A stretch of 32,000 bases of DNA from Candidatus Saccharimonadota bacterium (GCF_029232205.1 NZ_CP107255.1:480001-512000); one strand, 5' to 3'. Positions 18,334-26,753 are shown, numbered from the stretch's first letter. A program made the numbers and translations. The notes: generated from the sequence alone by a model not told the origin.

Positions 18334-18471
18334 CTAGTAGAGGGCCTTCATCGCGAAAGACATTTTCTCTCTAGGTGGCTTGGCACCACAGTTCAGACAG
18401 TTATGTTCTTCTGAAGGCTTCATGTATCCGCACTCATCGCAGGATTTTCGCAAGGAAACCACCTCTTTCAT
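18334..18471 (-). CDS. Small zinc-ribbon protein (45 aa), below the ORF-track cutoff
   Basis: Minus-strand ATG at 18471, TAG at 18336-18334. Translation MKEVVSLRKSCDECGYMKPSEEHNCLNCGAKPPREKMSFAMKALY = CxxC-x10-CxxC. Lies 43 nt upstream of the 117-aa ORF on the same strand. Confidence 0.4.
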   Translation of the reverse strand: MKEVVSLRKSCDECGYMKPSEEHNCLNCGAKPPREKMSFAMKALY

Positions 18472-18592
18472 CGTTATCAAGGAGTTTAAGCGATACATAA
18501 TCGGGTTCAGGTTCGCGGCCAGCAGCTCTTATCATTCTCTCCAACCTCTAACCAGTAATTCCTCTTCAGGCCCTAATAAGGCGACTCGCAGC

Positions 18593-18610
18593 TGTCCGAT
18601 ATGTCCGATA
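18593..18610. repeat. Perfect tandem duplication of a 9-mer (TGTCCGATA x2) in a divergent intergenic region
   Basis: Read directly: ...gcagc TGTCCGATA TGTCCGATA aacag. Located about 100 nt upstream of the FMN reductase ATG and about 120 nt upstream of the minus-strand zinc-ribbon ORF. Confidence 0.6.
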
Positions 18611-18710
18611 AACAGATTAAATAATCTCAAACAGGCCCTGGGAAATATTTACAGCGGTTGAAGGCTGATGTCCGAAAGACCATTTAAGCTTGAATCTCGT
18701 ATCGCCTAAT

Positions 18711-19262
18711 ATGACAGACAAACTCAATATTCTAGTTGTTGAGGGAACGGCCCGTGAAGGCCGAAAATCTATCAGACCAGCAAGATACGTGACCCGCAAG
18801 TTATCGGAAAGAGGCCACGAAGCAGAGCTCTTCGACCTCGGAGAAAGAGACGTTCCAATGCTTAAGCATACGCGTTACAGCGACAACGACAAGCACCCGG
18901 AAGATATCGAGGTTTTCGGACAGAAAGTTGAAGAGGCCGACGGCCTCGTAATTGTCTCACCGGAATACAACCACTCCATGCCTGGCTCCCTGAAGAATCT
19001 TCTTGACCATCTTTTCCCTGAGTACGATGGAAAGGCCTTCTCATTTGTAACAGTTTCTGGTGGAGGATTTGGCGGTGTAAGAGCTCTCAGCCATCTTCAC
19101 GATGTTGCGCTTGAGTTCGGTGCTTATGTAGGCCCTGACATTCCTGTATCAAATGTAGGAAGCACCTTCAACGAGGATTCAGAGCTTAAAGATGAGAACT
19201 ATGAGGATAGGTTTGAATCATTCCTTGACGATGTAGAGGAGCACACCAGAAAGTTCTCCTAA
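18711..19262 (+). CDS. NAD(P)H-dependent FMN reductase family oxidoreductase
   Basis: The track start at 18690 is TTG; the ATG at 18711 gives MTDKLNILVVEGTAREGRKS. IVSPEYNHSMPGSLKNLLD is the flavodoxin-like FMN_red signature. Confidence 0.85.
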   Translation: MTDKLNILVVEGTAREGRKSIRPARYVTRKLSERGHEAELFDLGERDVPMLKHTRYSDNDKHPEDIEVFGQKVEEADGLVIVSPEYNHSMPGSLKNLLDHLFPEYDGKAFSFVTVSGGGFGGVRALSHLHDVALEFGAYVGPDIPVSNVGSTFNEDSELKDENYEDRFESFLDDVEEHTRKFS

Positions 19263-19295
19263 AAAAATTCTTTTTTCTTCTCAAAAATTTTCTCT
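19263..19295. terminator. Bidirectional A/T-tract terminator region between the convergent FMN reductase and PiT genes
   Basis: Plus strand: AAAAAAATTCTTTTTTCTTCTCAAAAATTTTCTC. T-runs are present in both orientations within the 33-nt convergent gap. Confidence 0.4.
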
Positions 19296-20472
19296 TTACA
19301 TTACTCCTACGTACTGAAGGCCTTGGAAAACACTGTATGAACACACAGCTGAAATTACCGGGGTCAAAATCCAGAAAGTTACCACGTGATGAATAATGTC
19401 CGGGTCGAAAAGCTGTTTATCCGGAATATCGTCTTCTGATTCTTCTCCGATCTTCTTGCTGTTTTCATCGGATTTCAGTGCTGCTGTCTTCATTGGCGGG
19501 GCCTCTCCCTGAATAGCGTCCTTCACTTTGACTGTTCTTGAGGCTCTTCCCCATCCAAGGCCTGTGATGCACATTGTTGCTGAGATTGCAAGGCTTGCGG
19601 GAATCCCCATTTTTGACAGTATTGTGATGATTGATGCTGAGACTGTGGATACGATCAGGGCTGCAAGAAGAGGCATGTCGGTTATTCCTTCTCCGACAGT
19701 GTCGAGAGTCTTCCTTGCGATTGTGAATCCTCCGATGCTCATAGCTCCTACCGCGAGAAGAATTCCCATATTCATAGTTACTGGTGTGGTTGGGCTGCTT
19801 ACAAGAGGAGCTACAGCATTTGCTACATTTGAGGCGCCTGCGGAAAAGGCCATGTAACATGCTATAACAATTACCAGTACGCTGCTTACGAACTCTCCTC
19901 TGCTCGTTCCGTCAACAAGCTTGATAGGTACAGGGGAGAACCTGAATTCGAACATTTTTCCATCGCTCTTGTCTATTTTGAACTTCTCATCGAGATGGGT
20001 GTACAGATATCTGCCGATAAGGCCTCCCGCCAGAAATGCCACTGCCGGTGCTACAAGCCACCAGGACATGATCTTTCCCATGACGCTCCATCTGATGGTT
20101 TCTGTAGCTACTCCGAGGCCTGCTATTGCTCCTACAGCTGTCATTGATGTGGAGGCTGGTACTCCTGAAAGGTTTGAGATCAGCAGGCTGAGGCCTATGA
20201 AGAAAAGTATTATTACGGAGGCCATCATGGTGAATTCGGAGGAAGGAACAATCTTGCCCCCCATTGTCGCGATAACGTTTCTGCCTAGTGTCCAGCCTCC
20301 CAGCAGGGCGAAGACTGTCATAAGTCCGGCTGCACCGGTTTTTGAAACCAGTTTACTGCCTACAGATGGTCCGAATGCAACTCCTGTCGATGATCCACCG
20401 ATATTTATTCCTACAAATATTGCAGCAACTACTGCAAATACAACTAAAAGTGTGAAACTCAGTGTTGATCAC
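19296..20472 (-). CDS. Inorganic phosphate transporter, PiT (PHO4) family; 5' end unresolved (see findings)
   Basis: GASNVANAVAPL (second PiT repeat) lies inside the 341-aa ORF. The first repeat signature INIGGSSTGVAFGPSVGS and TM1 lie upstream of the listed ATG (20321), in the same frame, immediately after an in-frame TGA (20471-20469), with no in-frame ATG/GTG/TTG. A GTG (20472-20470) overlaps that TGA but sits one nucleotide out of frame. Confidence 0.8.
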
Positions 20473-20651
20473 CCTAGAGGCCCGTTTCTAAACATTCCAT
20501 CATACATGAGAACCAGTGCGATTGCTGCGCCTGCGCCAAGAGTATAGGCTACAGATATTTTGGTTACAGCTCCAACAGATCCTCCTGCAACCAGACTAGT
20601 TGTTATTCCGGCCAATATTTTGTCGTAGTAATCAAGATTTATAGAAAACAT
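20469..20651 (-). CDS. Small hydrophobic protein (60 aa, about 2 TM), or an N-terminal extension of PiT
   Basis: MFSINLDYYDKILAGITTSLVAGGSVGAVTKISVAYTLGAGAAIALVLMYDGMF.... Same reading frame as PiT, separated from it by a single TGA. Confidence 0.4.
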   Translation of the reverse strand: MFSINLDYYDKILAGITTSLVAGGSVGAVTKISVAYTLGAGAAIALVLMYDGMFRNGPLG

Positions 20652-20703
20652 AACTACTATTTACCCTGAAAATTCTTAAAGGCAAACGTTGGCCTCATTT
20701 TAT

Positions 20704-23700
20704 TTAAGTCCCTTTTCTAGCGTGTCTAATCAATGCGTCGATTCTCTCCTCTGCTCTTGACTCACGGCCTTTTTCAATCAAGCCCTCAACTTCATGAAGG
20801 TTGCTGCGGTAGATTCTCTTTTCCTCCTCTTCCATCTTCTTGATTTCATCCTTGAGGATCTCTGTCTTCTCTACAAGACTGTTCTCCTGCAATTTAATGT
20901 ACAGGATTGCAGAAGTCGCTGACAGAAGCGATCCAATTCCTACCGCAACAAACAGAAGAATCTTCAGATCAAGGCCTCCATTTTTCTCCTGCTGTTTATC
21001 TTCTTTAATGTTCTTTTCTTCATTAACTGCTGTTTTTCTGTTCTTCTCAAGGCCTATAGTGTATATTGAGAAGTTTTCAAGTCGGGCCTCTACCACCACG
21101 TCCTCCTCTCTTTCAGTCAGTTTGAACTCTTCTCTAACCCAGTCCTTCTTTTTGTGCAGGAGCACGATATCTGTGACGGTTGCATTCCTGTCTTCGAGCC
21201 ATGATCTCTCTACCGTGAAATTGATGTCCATACTGGTTCTATTCTCAGGTTTGATATCCCAGGACTTGTACACTTCAGAGGCCTCTGTAGTATCTACTTT
21301 TTCAACAGGCCTGATCTCCACGTAGGTTTCCTCATCGGTGCTGATTGACTCGATCGAGAGATCTTCTTCCTCAACCTGAACAGGTTCTCTTTCACCGGTT
21401 CTGATTACTGTGCTGTTCTGTTCCGTATTATTCTCCTCATTCTCTGTAGTCTGATTTTCATTTTCATCCGTTGAATTTGTGGCTGGAGGTGGTGGTGAAA
21501 TACTGCCTATAGAGCTGGAATCTGAATTCTCGGAGCTGCCTCCGCTTCCTGAATCCTGATCAGGTTCCTCATAGCTGAAACTGTAGCTCCAGTTTGATTC
21601 GTGGCCTACATTGTCGGTGAAAGATCCTTGAATAGTATGATCTCCTGTATCGAGGCCTGTAACTGATACAGATACCGAGCTGTTAGACCATTGAACAGAA
21701 GAATTGATTTCCTCTCCATCGAAGAGAATTTTGCTTGATGTGGTGTTCAGGCCTGAGCCAGAGGCCTCTGCAATGTTTGCTGTGAAATCTATGCTATCTG
21801 AGTTGACAACTGTGTTTTCTGATGGCTGATAGCTTGTAGGAGCTGGTTTCTCTGAATCAATGCTCAAGTTCAGAACTTCTGTATCCAGGTTTCCTGCGTA
21901 GTCATAGCAGGATAGAGTGTGATTCAACTGCCCGTTTTCAGCAAGTTCGATAGTTCCATTAACCTGGCTGACAACTCTTTCATCGTTGTTTGAGATTCTC
22001 AGTTCGCTTATATTCCCGAAAGAATCGCTGCACACTGTGGAAACGTTGACACCGTCTTTGTACCAGGTCTTCCATGTTTTATTGCTTTTTATTTCGGTCT
22101 GTAAAACTGGCTTAGTGGTGTCTACAGTGAAAGACTTGGAGAGGTTTCTCTGGTTTCCTGCAGAATCCTCTGCAAATACCTGAAGAGAATGAAGGCCTTC
22201 AGAAAGGTTTTTCACAGAGATGCCATTGCTCAGGTTTTTCTCTGAGCCATTGTCTATCTTGAAAGTTCCTTCTACAGGTTCAGTACTGTTTAATGAAATT
22301 GAAGGATTTGAAGTGCTGAGATTATCGTTATCAGAAATATTTATCGATATGAATGGCCTGGTATTGTCGATCCAGAAATCTCTACTCTCCTCCAGTTTGT
22401 TGCCTGCTAGATCGGTGGCTGAATAAGTTATAGAGTACTTACCATCGCTGTAGTTTGATGTGTTAATTGTTGAGTTGAATCCTCCTTTTTTCAAAGTGCT
22501 TCCGTTTTCTATAACGTATTCTGAGTTGTTTAGGCCTGAGAGGCTGTCTGATAGAGAGGCTTCGATGTTCTGAAGGCCTGAGATATTTTCATTGTCGCGC
22601 GGTGTTGCCTGACTTATTTCTGGGTCTGTCAGGTCGATTGTTATGTTGTCTTTTTTCTTGCTGTATTCTGTATTGGTGTACTGGGCCCGGAATGTGATGT
22701 TGTGGACTCCTTCTGTCAGATTGATTGAGGTGTTAGGTGTGAAGGTTGTGTTGGAGTTGCTTATTTCGTATTTCCAGTCGTATATTTTCTGATCAGCGGA
22801 AACCTCGAGAGGAACATTGCTGGAATTCTGGTACTGAATATCTTCCAGATTGCTTTCGATTGCTGGTTCTGACACGGACTGCTTCCATGAGATATTCCAG
22901 CTTTCAATAGTTGCTGATTCGCTGCCGTTCACAGAGGCCTTAATTATCACTGCATCGGTATCAAGAAGGCATTCATCCACTTTTTCACTCTGTATATCCG
23001 AGCATACTGTCTGGTTGGTATCAGCGTCAATCAGGTCTATAGTAGCTGAGCTATTTGTCTGGGCCTGGAATCTGTCCCAGAGAACAAGGTTTTGCGGCCT
23101 CAAGGTAAGACTCTTCGCAGTGCCTTCTACTTTGTTGTTGATCAGGGATTTTTTCTGGCCCGGGTTTAGACTGCCTATGTCTCTTTCAGAGGAGTAGTTC
23201 CAGTCACCTGAAATGTTTCTATCGAGAGATCGGTCTCTGAAGTAGGCCTCGTGACCTGTTTCCAGTGTGAAGTTGCAGCCAGCGGTTCCTATACTGAGGC
23301 AGTCAATAACTTCTCCTTCCGGATTCAAGAGTTTGACGGTTTCTGTCTGGCCTGATGTAGCTATAGAGTTGAAGTCGCTGGATCCTTCGGCCTTGGAGTA
23401 AACTTCTCCTGCATCAACTGTCTGATTTCCGAAGACTCCTCCCTGATCTATCAAACCAGAAGTAACTTCGTAGCCTGCGATATTCAGGTTTTCTCTAGTT
23501 GATACAACTTCTATACTGTCGTTTGTTCCTCTGAAGTATTCGTTTATCATTAAGGAAGGCTGTTCTGGCTGATCAATCATCAGCTTATTTTCTTTTATCT
23601 CTGCATCGCCTGTTATCTTCTGAACTCCTGTCTCGGTCCTGAAGGTGTCCTCCCAGCTGGTTAGATTTTCTACAGTGAAAGAAACTGTCTTTGAATCATT

Positions 23701-25386
23701 GTTGCCGTAGACATCTCCAGACTTGAGTGTTAAGTTGTTAGCGCCGGGAGCAAATTTGGCCTCTGAAATATTTCCGCAGGACTCCAGATCAAAACTTTTC
23801 TCCGAGTTAATAGCGGCCTTACAGTATTCGATTTCAGAAATATCAGTGATTGAATAGTTGAGATCTATGCTGTCTCTGTAGTAGGTAGTGTTTGTAGGAC
23901 TTTCGATAGTATGTTCTGGAGGCTGTGAATCAACCTTGAGATCTACACTCTTTGTCTTCGTGGTACCTCCCTGTTCAAGGTAGAACTCTACTGAATGAGA
24001 TCCTTCCGAAAGAGTAACCTGTTTCTGATAATAGTCCGAGTAATTGTTAAGAGACTTGTTAGGGCCTCCGTCGACTGTATACACTGCAGTGTCCAGAACT
24101 GCTGTAGAGGAAACGTTAAGCCAGACAGCGTCCGTCGTATAAGTTCTGTTTTCTGGATCTTCAACAGTTACATAGAAATCAAGCTCATTTACAGCGGCCT
24201 CCGCATCCAGAAGACCGTAGCCTCCTTCATTCGCTGTCAAACCGATATCCTCGGTAGAATTATACAGAAGATTCTTTATTTCTCCCGGTTTCAGGCCTGG
24301 TTCTCTGCTTTCAAGAAGTGCGGCTACACCGCTGACGAAAGGAGTGGCCATTGAAGTACCCTGAAGATACTGGTAGTTTCCGTTGAGAACTGTGGATCTT
24401 ATAGATGAGCCTGGTGCAGCAATGTCAACTTCAGGCCCCTGGCTGGAATAACCTGCCTGCATATCTGATGAATTTGTTGCAGCTACTGCAATAGCTTCCC
24501 TGTATTTTGCAGGGTAGTCCACGCAGTCAGTACAGGGCCCTGCATTTCCTGCCGCCACGACCACGGTAGTACCCTGGTTGTCCGCGTATTCTACTGCGTT
24601 TTCCAGAGTTGTAGAACCTGAAGGAGCACCCAAACTTAGAGATGCAATATCCATGTTTTGGTCAGCTGCATAGACTAGCGCGTCTGCAACATTACTCAGT
24701 GACCCTGTACCGGTGTAGTCAAGAACCTTGTATCCATGAATCGATGCGTTGGGCGCCACACCAATTATTCCCTGGTTGTTGTCCTCCGCTGCTATAATCC
24801 CTCCAACATGCGTCCCGTGCTTCTGATCATCAGTCCAGTTAAAATTACAGGCGTTAGAAGTGTCTGCAGATGAACAAGTAGTCCAGGCCCTGCCACCAGC
24901 AATATTATCATTCAGATCCGGGTGATCATCGTCAAGGCCGGTATCAATTACTGCTACATCCACTCCCTCACCTCTAATCCCGTTAGAAACAGGTGAAGAT
25001 GCATCAATCCTGTTCCAGCCCCATGAAGGGCTCTGTGCCAGGACCTCAACTTCTCCATCCCTCTCAACGTAGCTTATATTATGAGATCGTGCAATATCTC
25101 TTATCTCTTTGCCTGTCAAATTCCCTGAAAGCGCTGAGCCTTTTTCTCCGAAACCTATCACCTTAGAGTTGTTAAACTTTTCTGCCTGCGCTGAAACTCT
25201 TTCAGACCTTCTCTCCTCAAGCCCTATAATAACATCGTAGTTCTGATTAGATGCAAAAGAAGATATAGCAAGGCCTTTGTATGAATCACCGTTAGCTGCT
25301 GTATGTACAGGTTGTGCAGCTGCTAGCGGGAATAAAACACTTATTGCCAGAAGGAGAACAGGCAATTTGGTGACAAGGCCTTTCAT
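20704..25386 (-). CDS. Giant membrane-anchored subtilisin-like (S8) serine protease with a lamin-tail-like domain, an Ig-like domain array and a PGF-pre-PGF-like domain
   Basis: N-terminal: signal peptide (LPVLLLAISVLFPLAAAQP) and an I9-like propeptide. S8 triad: VAVIDTGL (D148), HGTHVGG (H190), AAGNAG (N281), GTSMATPFVSG (S345). Central: LTD-like SLMINEYFRG..LNIAGYEV..VKLLNPEGEVIDCLSIG (aa about 608-740), then about 700 aa of repeated beta-rich Ig-like modules with dozens of N-x-S/T sequons. C-terminal: S/N/E-rich linker, pre-PGF-like domain, TM helix (ILLFVAVGIGSLLSATSAILYI) and a 60-aa charged helical cytoplasmic tail. Confidence 0.9.
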   Translation of the reverse strand: MKGLVTKLPVLLLAISVLFPLAAAQPVHTAANGDSYKGLAISSFASNQNYDVIIGLEERRSERVSAQAEKFNNSKVIGFGEKGSALSGNLTGKEIRDIARSHNISYVERDGEVEVLAQSPSWGWNRIDASSPVSNGIRGEGVDVAVIDTGLDDDHPDLNDNIAGGRAWTTCSSADTSNACNFNWTDDQKHGTHVGGIIAAEDNNQGIIGVAPNASIHGYKVLDYTGTGSLSNVADALVYAADQNMDIASLSLGAPSGSTTLENAVEYADNQGTTVVVAAGNAGPCTDCVDYPAKYREAIAVAATNSSDMQAGYSSQGPEVDIAAPGSSIRSTVLNGNYQYLQGTSMATPFVSGVAALLESREPGLKPGEIKNLLYNSTEDIGLTANEGGYGLLDAEAAVNELDFYVTVEDPENRTYTTDAVWLNVSSTAVLDTAVYTVDGGPNKSLNNYSDYYQKQVTLSEGSHSVEFYLEQGGTTKTKSVDLKVDSQPPEHTIESPTNTTYYRDSIDLNYSITDISEIEYCKAAINSEKSFDLESCGNISEAKFAPGANNLTLKSGDVYGNNDSKTVSFTVENLTSWEDTFRTETGVQKITGDAEIKENKLMIDQPEQPSLMINEYFRGTNDSIEVVSTRENLNIAGYEVTSGLIDQGGVFGNQTVDAGEVYSKAEGSSDFNSIATSGQTETVKLLNPEGEVIDCLSIGTAGCNFTLETGHEAYFRDRSLDRNISGDWNYSSERDIGSLNPGQKKSLINNKVEGTAKSLTLRPQNLVLWDRFQAQTNSSATIDLIDADTNQTVCSDIQSEKVDECLLDTDAVIIKASVNGSESATIESWNISWKQSVSEPAIESNLEDIQYQNSSNVPLEVSADQKIYDWKYEISNSNTTFTPNTSINLTEGVHNITFRAQYTNTEYSKKKDNITIDLTDPEISQATPRDNENISGLQNIEASLSDSLSGLNNSEYVIENGSTLKKGGFNSTINTSNYSDGKYSITYSATDLAGNKLEESRDFWIDNTRPFISINISDNDNLSTSNPSISLNSTEPVEGTFKIDNGSEKNLSNGISVKNLSEGLHSLQVFAEDSAGNQRNLSKSFTVDTTKPVLQTEIKSNKTWKTWYKDGVNVSTVCSDSFGNISELRISNNDERVVSQVNGTIELAENGQLNHTLSCYDYAGNLDTEVLNLSIDSEKPAPTSYQPSENTVVNSDSIDFTANIAEASGSGLNTTSSKILFDGEEINSSVQWSNSSVSVSVTGLDTGDHTIQGSFTDNVGHESNWSYSFSYEEPDQDSGSGGSSENSDSSSIGSISPPPPATNSTDENENQTTENEENNTEQNSTVIRTGEREPVQVEEEDLSIESISTDEETYVEIRPVEKVDTTEASEVYKSWDIKPENRTSMDINFTVERSWLEDRNATVTDIVLLHKKKDWVREEFKLTEREEDVVVEARLENFSIYTIGLEKNRKTAVNEEKNIKEDKQQEKNGGLDLKILLFVAVGIGSLLSATSAILYIKLQENSLVEKTEILKDEIKKMEEEEKRIYRSNLHEVEGLIEKGRESRAEERIDALIRHARKGT

Positions 25387-25504
25387 TGACAGTTATTGAT
25401 TCTCTTTACCGGAATAAAAAATGATTGAAGGCCTGACCGGTTTTGCTAGTTTAACTCCGGGGTTTAAGCTGTGAAATCGCTGGACTAGGCCTCGAAGTAT
25501 TTCA

Positions 25505-26386
25505 ATGAGGTCTGATAAATTATTTTTATTCATGTCATCAGGATCATCCAAGTTTTTGGTACTTGCAGCAGTCCTGATGTTAGCACTTGCACCTGCAGTC
25601 GCAGATGATCATGTGAATCAGACAGATGATGATTCAGATGTTCCAGACGACGACTCCGATAGAGAAGAGGAAGACGATGAAGATAGAGATGACGAAGAGG
25701 AGGAGTCCGACGAGGAAGAGCGTGAGCAGGAATCCGAGGATTCGGAAGATGACTCCGAGACTGACGGCACTGACGAAAGCACCAACATGACTGTCAGCGA
25801 AAGTAATGCAGAGCAGACAGCTCGAGACGCACTTTCAGACAACGACTGGACACTTGAAGAATCCAGCACTCACGAAGACGACGGCTACTACAAGTTCGAG
25901 TTCGTGATTGAAGGACAGGATGCTGAAGCAGAAGTCAGGGTAGACGGTTCATCCGGAGAAATCTTCAGATTTGAAGAAGAACTAGAGAACGAGACAGAGG
26001 AACAAGAAGAATCTGAAAACGAGTCACAGGCCGAAGAACTTGAGAGAGTCGAAGTCCAGAACATGGAAGAGGCCCGTGAAAGAATCTCAGAGCTCAGAGA
26101 AATGGTTATGGATCTGAGACAGGAGATCGCCGAAATGGAGTCAGAAAAAGAATCCGAAGAAGATTCAGAGACAGAAGTAGAAATCGATAGAGACGGCAAC
26201 GAGACAGAGATCGACGTCGAACAGGAGAACGGTGACACAGAAACAGAGTTCGAAGGAGAAGTTCCTTCCAACGCAACCGCTCCGGAACAAGCCCAGGAAA
26301 ACATCAACGGAACACCTGGAAACGAACAGGCACAACAGAGAAGGCCTAACTTTGTCTCAAATCTTCTAAGAGGAATCTTTGGCTAA
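25505..26386 (+). CDS. Secreted/anchored hyper-acidic protein with a PepSY-like domain and a coiled-coil region
   Basis: Signal/anchor FLVLAAVLMLALAPAVA. A D/E/S run at aa 41-92. PepSY-like segment TARDALSDNDWTLEESSTHEDDGYYKFEFVIEGQDAEAEVRVDGSSGEIFRFEEE (aa about 96-158). Heptad-like region EARERISELREMVMDLRQEIAEME. Confidence 0.7.
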   Translation: MRSDKLFLFMSSGSSKFLVLAAVLMLALAPAVADDHVNQTDDDSDVPDDDSDREEEDDEDRDDEEEESDEEEREQESEDSEDDSETDGTDESTNMTVSESNAEQTARDALSDNDWTLEESSTHEDDGYYKFEFVIEGQDAEAEVRVDGSSGEIFRFEEELENETEEQEESENESQAEELERVEVQNMEEARERISELREMVMDLRQEIAEMESEKESEEDSETEVEIDRDGNETEIDVEQENGDTETEFEGEVPSNATAPEQAQENINGTPGNEQAQQRRPNFVSNLLRGIFG

Positions 26387-26425
26387 CATCTAGGACACAA
26401 ATTTCTCTTTTTCTTCTATTTTTCC

Positions 26426-26572
26426 TTAACTGAGAAGAACTACTGCCAGCAGAATAATCAGGAAAACCATGATCATAATCAGAAATCCGGCCAGTATCTC
26501 CTTCCATGAAAGATGCATCATAGCGTGATTAAGGTCATCTTCACCGCCGTGCATGAAAGGACATAGGGCCAT
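26426..26572 (-). CDS. Possible small membrane protein (48 aa)
   Basis: The 87-aa track ORF runs into the tRNA gene. The internal Met at 26572 gives MALCPFMHGGEDDLNHAMMHLSWKEILAGFLIMIMVFLIILLAVVLLS (a C/H-rich head plus one TM). Weak support. Confidence 0.3.
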   Translation of the reverse strand: MALCPFMHGGEDDLNHAMMHLSWKEILAGFLIMIMVFLIILLAVVLLS

Positions 26573-26647
26573 ATACTGTAACTTGTTACTAAAACCTCTA
26601 AAAATTCCCGAAGAAAGGTTCGCGATTACCAAAAGAAGTTTTCCGAA

Positions 26648-26719
<72 letters not shown>

Positions 26720-26753
26720 CTCGTTGTGTATTTGTTTGTTGTCAGGTAGTTTC

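Noticed and set aside
18380-18799. 93-aa plus ORF (18380-18661) and 60-aa minus ORF (18617-18799)
   Set aside because: The first is antisense to the zinc-ribbon ORF and runs through the intergenic region. The second overlaps the well-supported FMN reductase start. Neither has motifs or an acidic composition.
20469-20471. Genome-wide UGA reassignment or selenocysteine as an explanation for the in-frame TGA upstream of PiT
   Set aside because: TGA clearly terminates other well-supported genes in the window (for example 1812-2915, 16055-16519, 27852-28100, 28093-28716). The TGA lies before the conserved PiT core, where no Sec or Cys is expected, and I saw no obvious SECIS-like hairpin nearby. 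A 1-nt frame problem with a GTGA overlap is the simpler explanation.
19465-20547. ORFs overlapping the PiT gene (19465-19860 minus, 19528-19857 plus, 19921-20547 plus)
   Set aside because: They are alternative-frame or antisense products of a gene with clear PiT signatures. Their translations are Arg/Ser/Pro-rich with no motifs.
20840-24354. Plus-strand ORFs nested in the S8 protease gene (20840-21325, 21986-22183, 22220-22426, 22850-23197, 23995-24354)
   Set aside because: They are antisense shadows of a 1560-aa ORF that has a complete catalytic triad. Their composition is Ser/Leu/Phe-rich and no motifs were seen.
25600-26310. GA-rich periodic DNA (gaagaagat/gaggaaga runs) that might be a tandem repeat or CRISPR-like array
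   Set aside because: It is the coding sequence for the poly-D/E/S low-complexity region of the acidic protein. The units are irregular, and there is no repeat-spacer structure.
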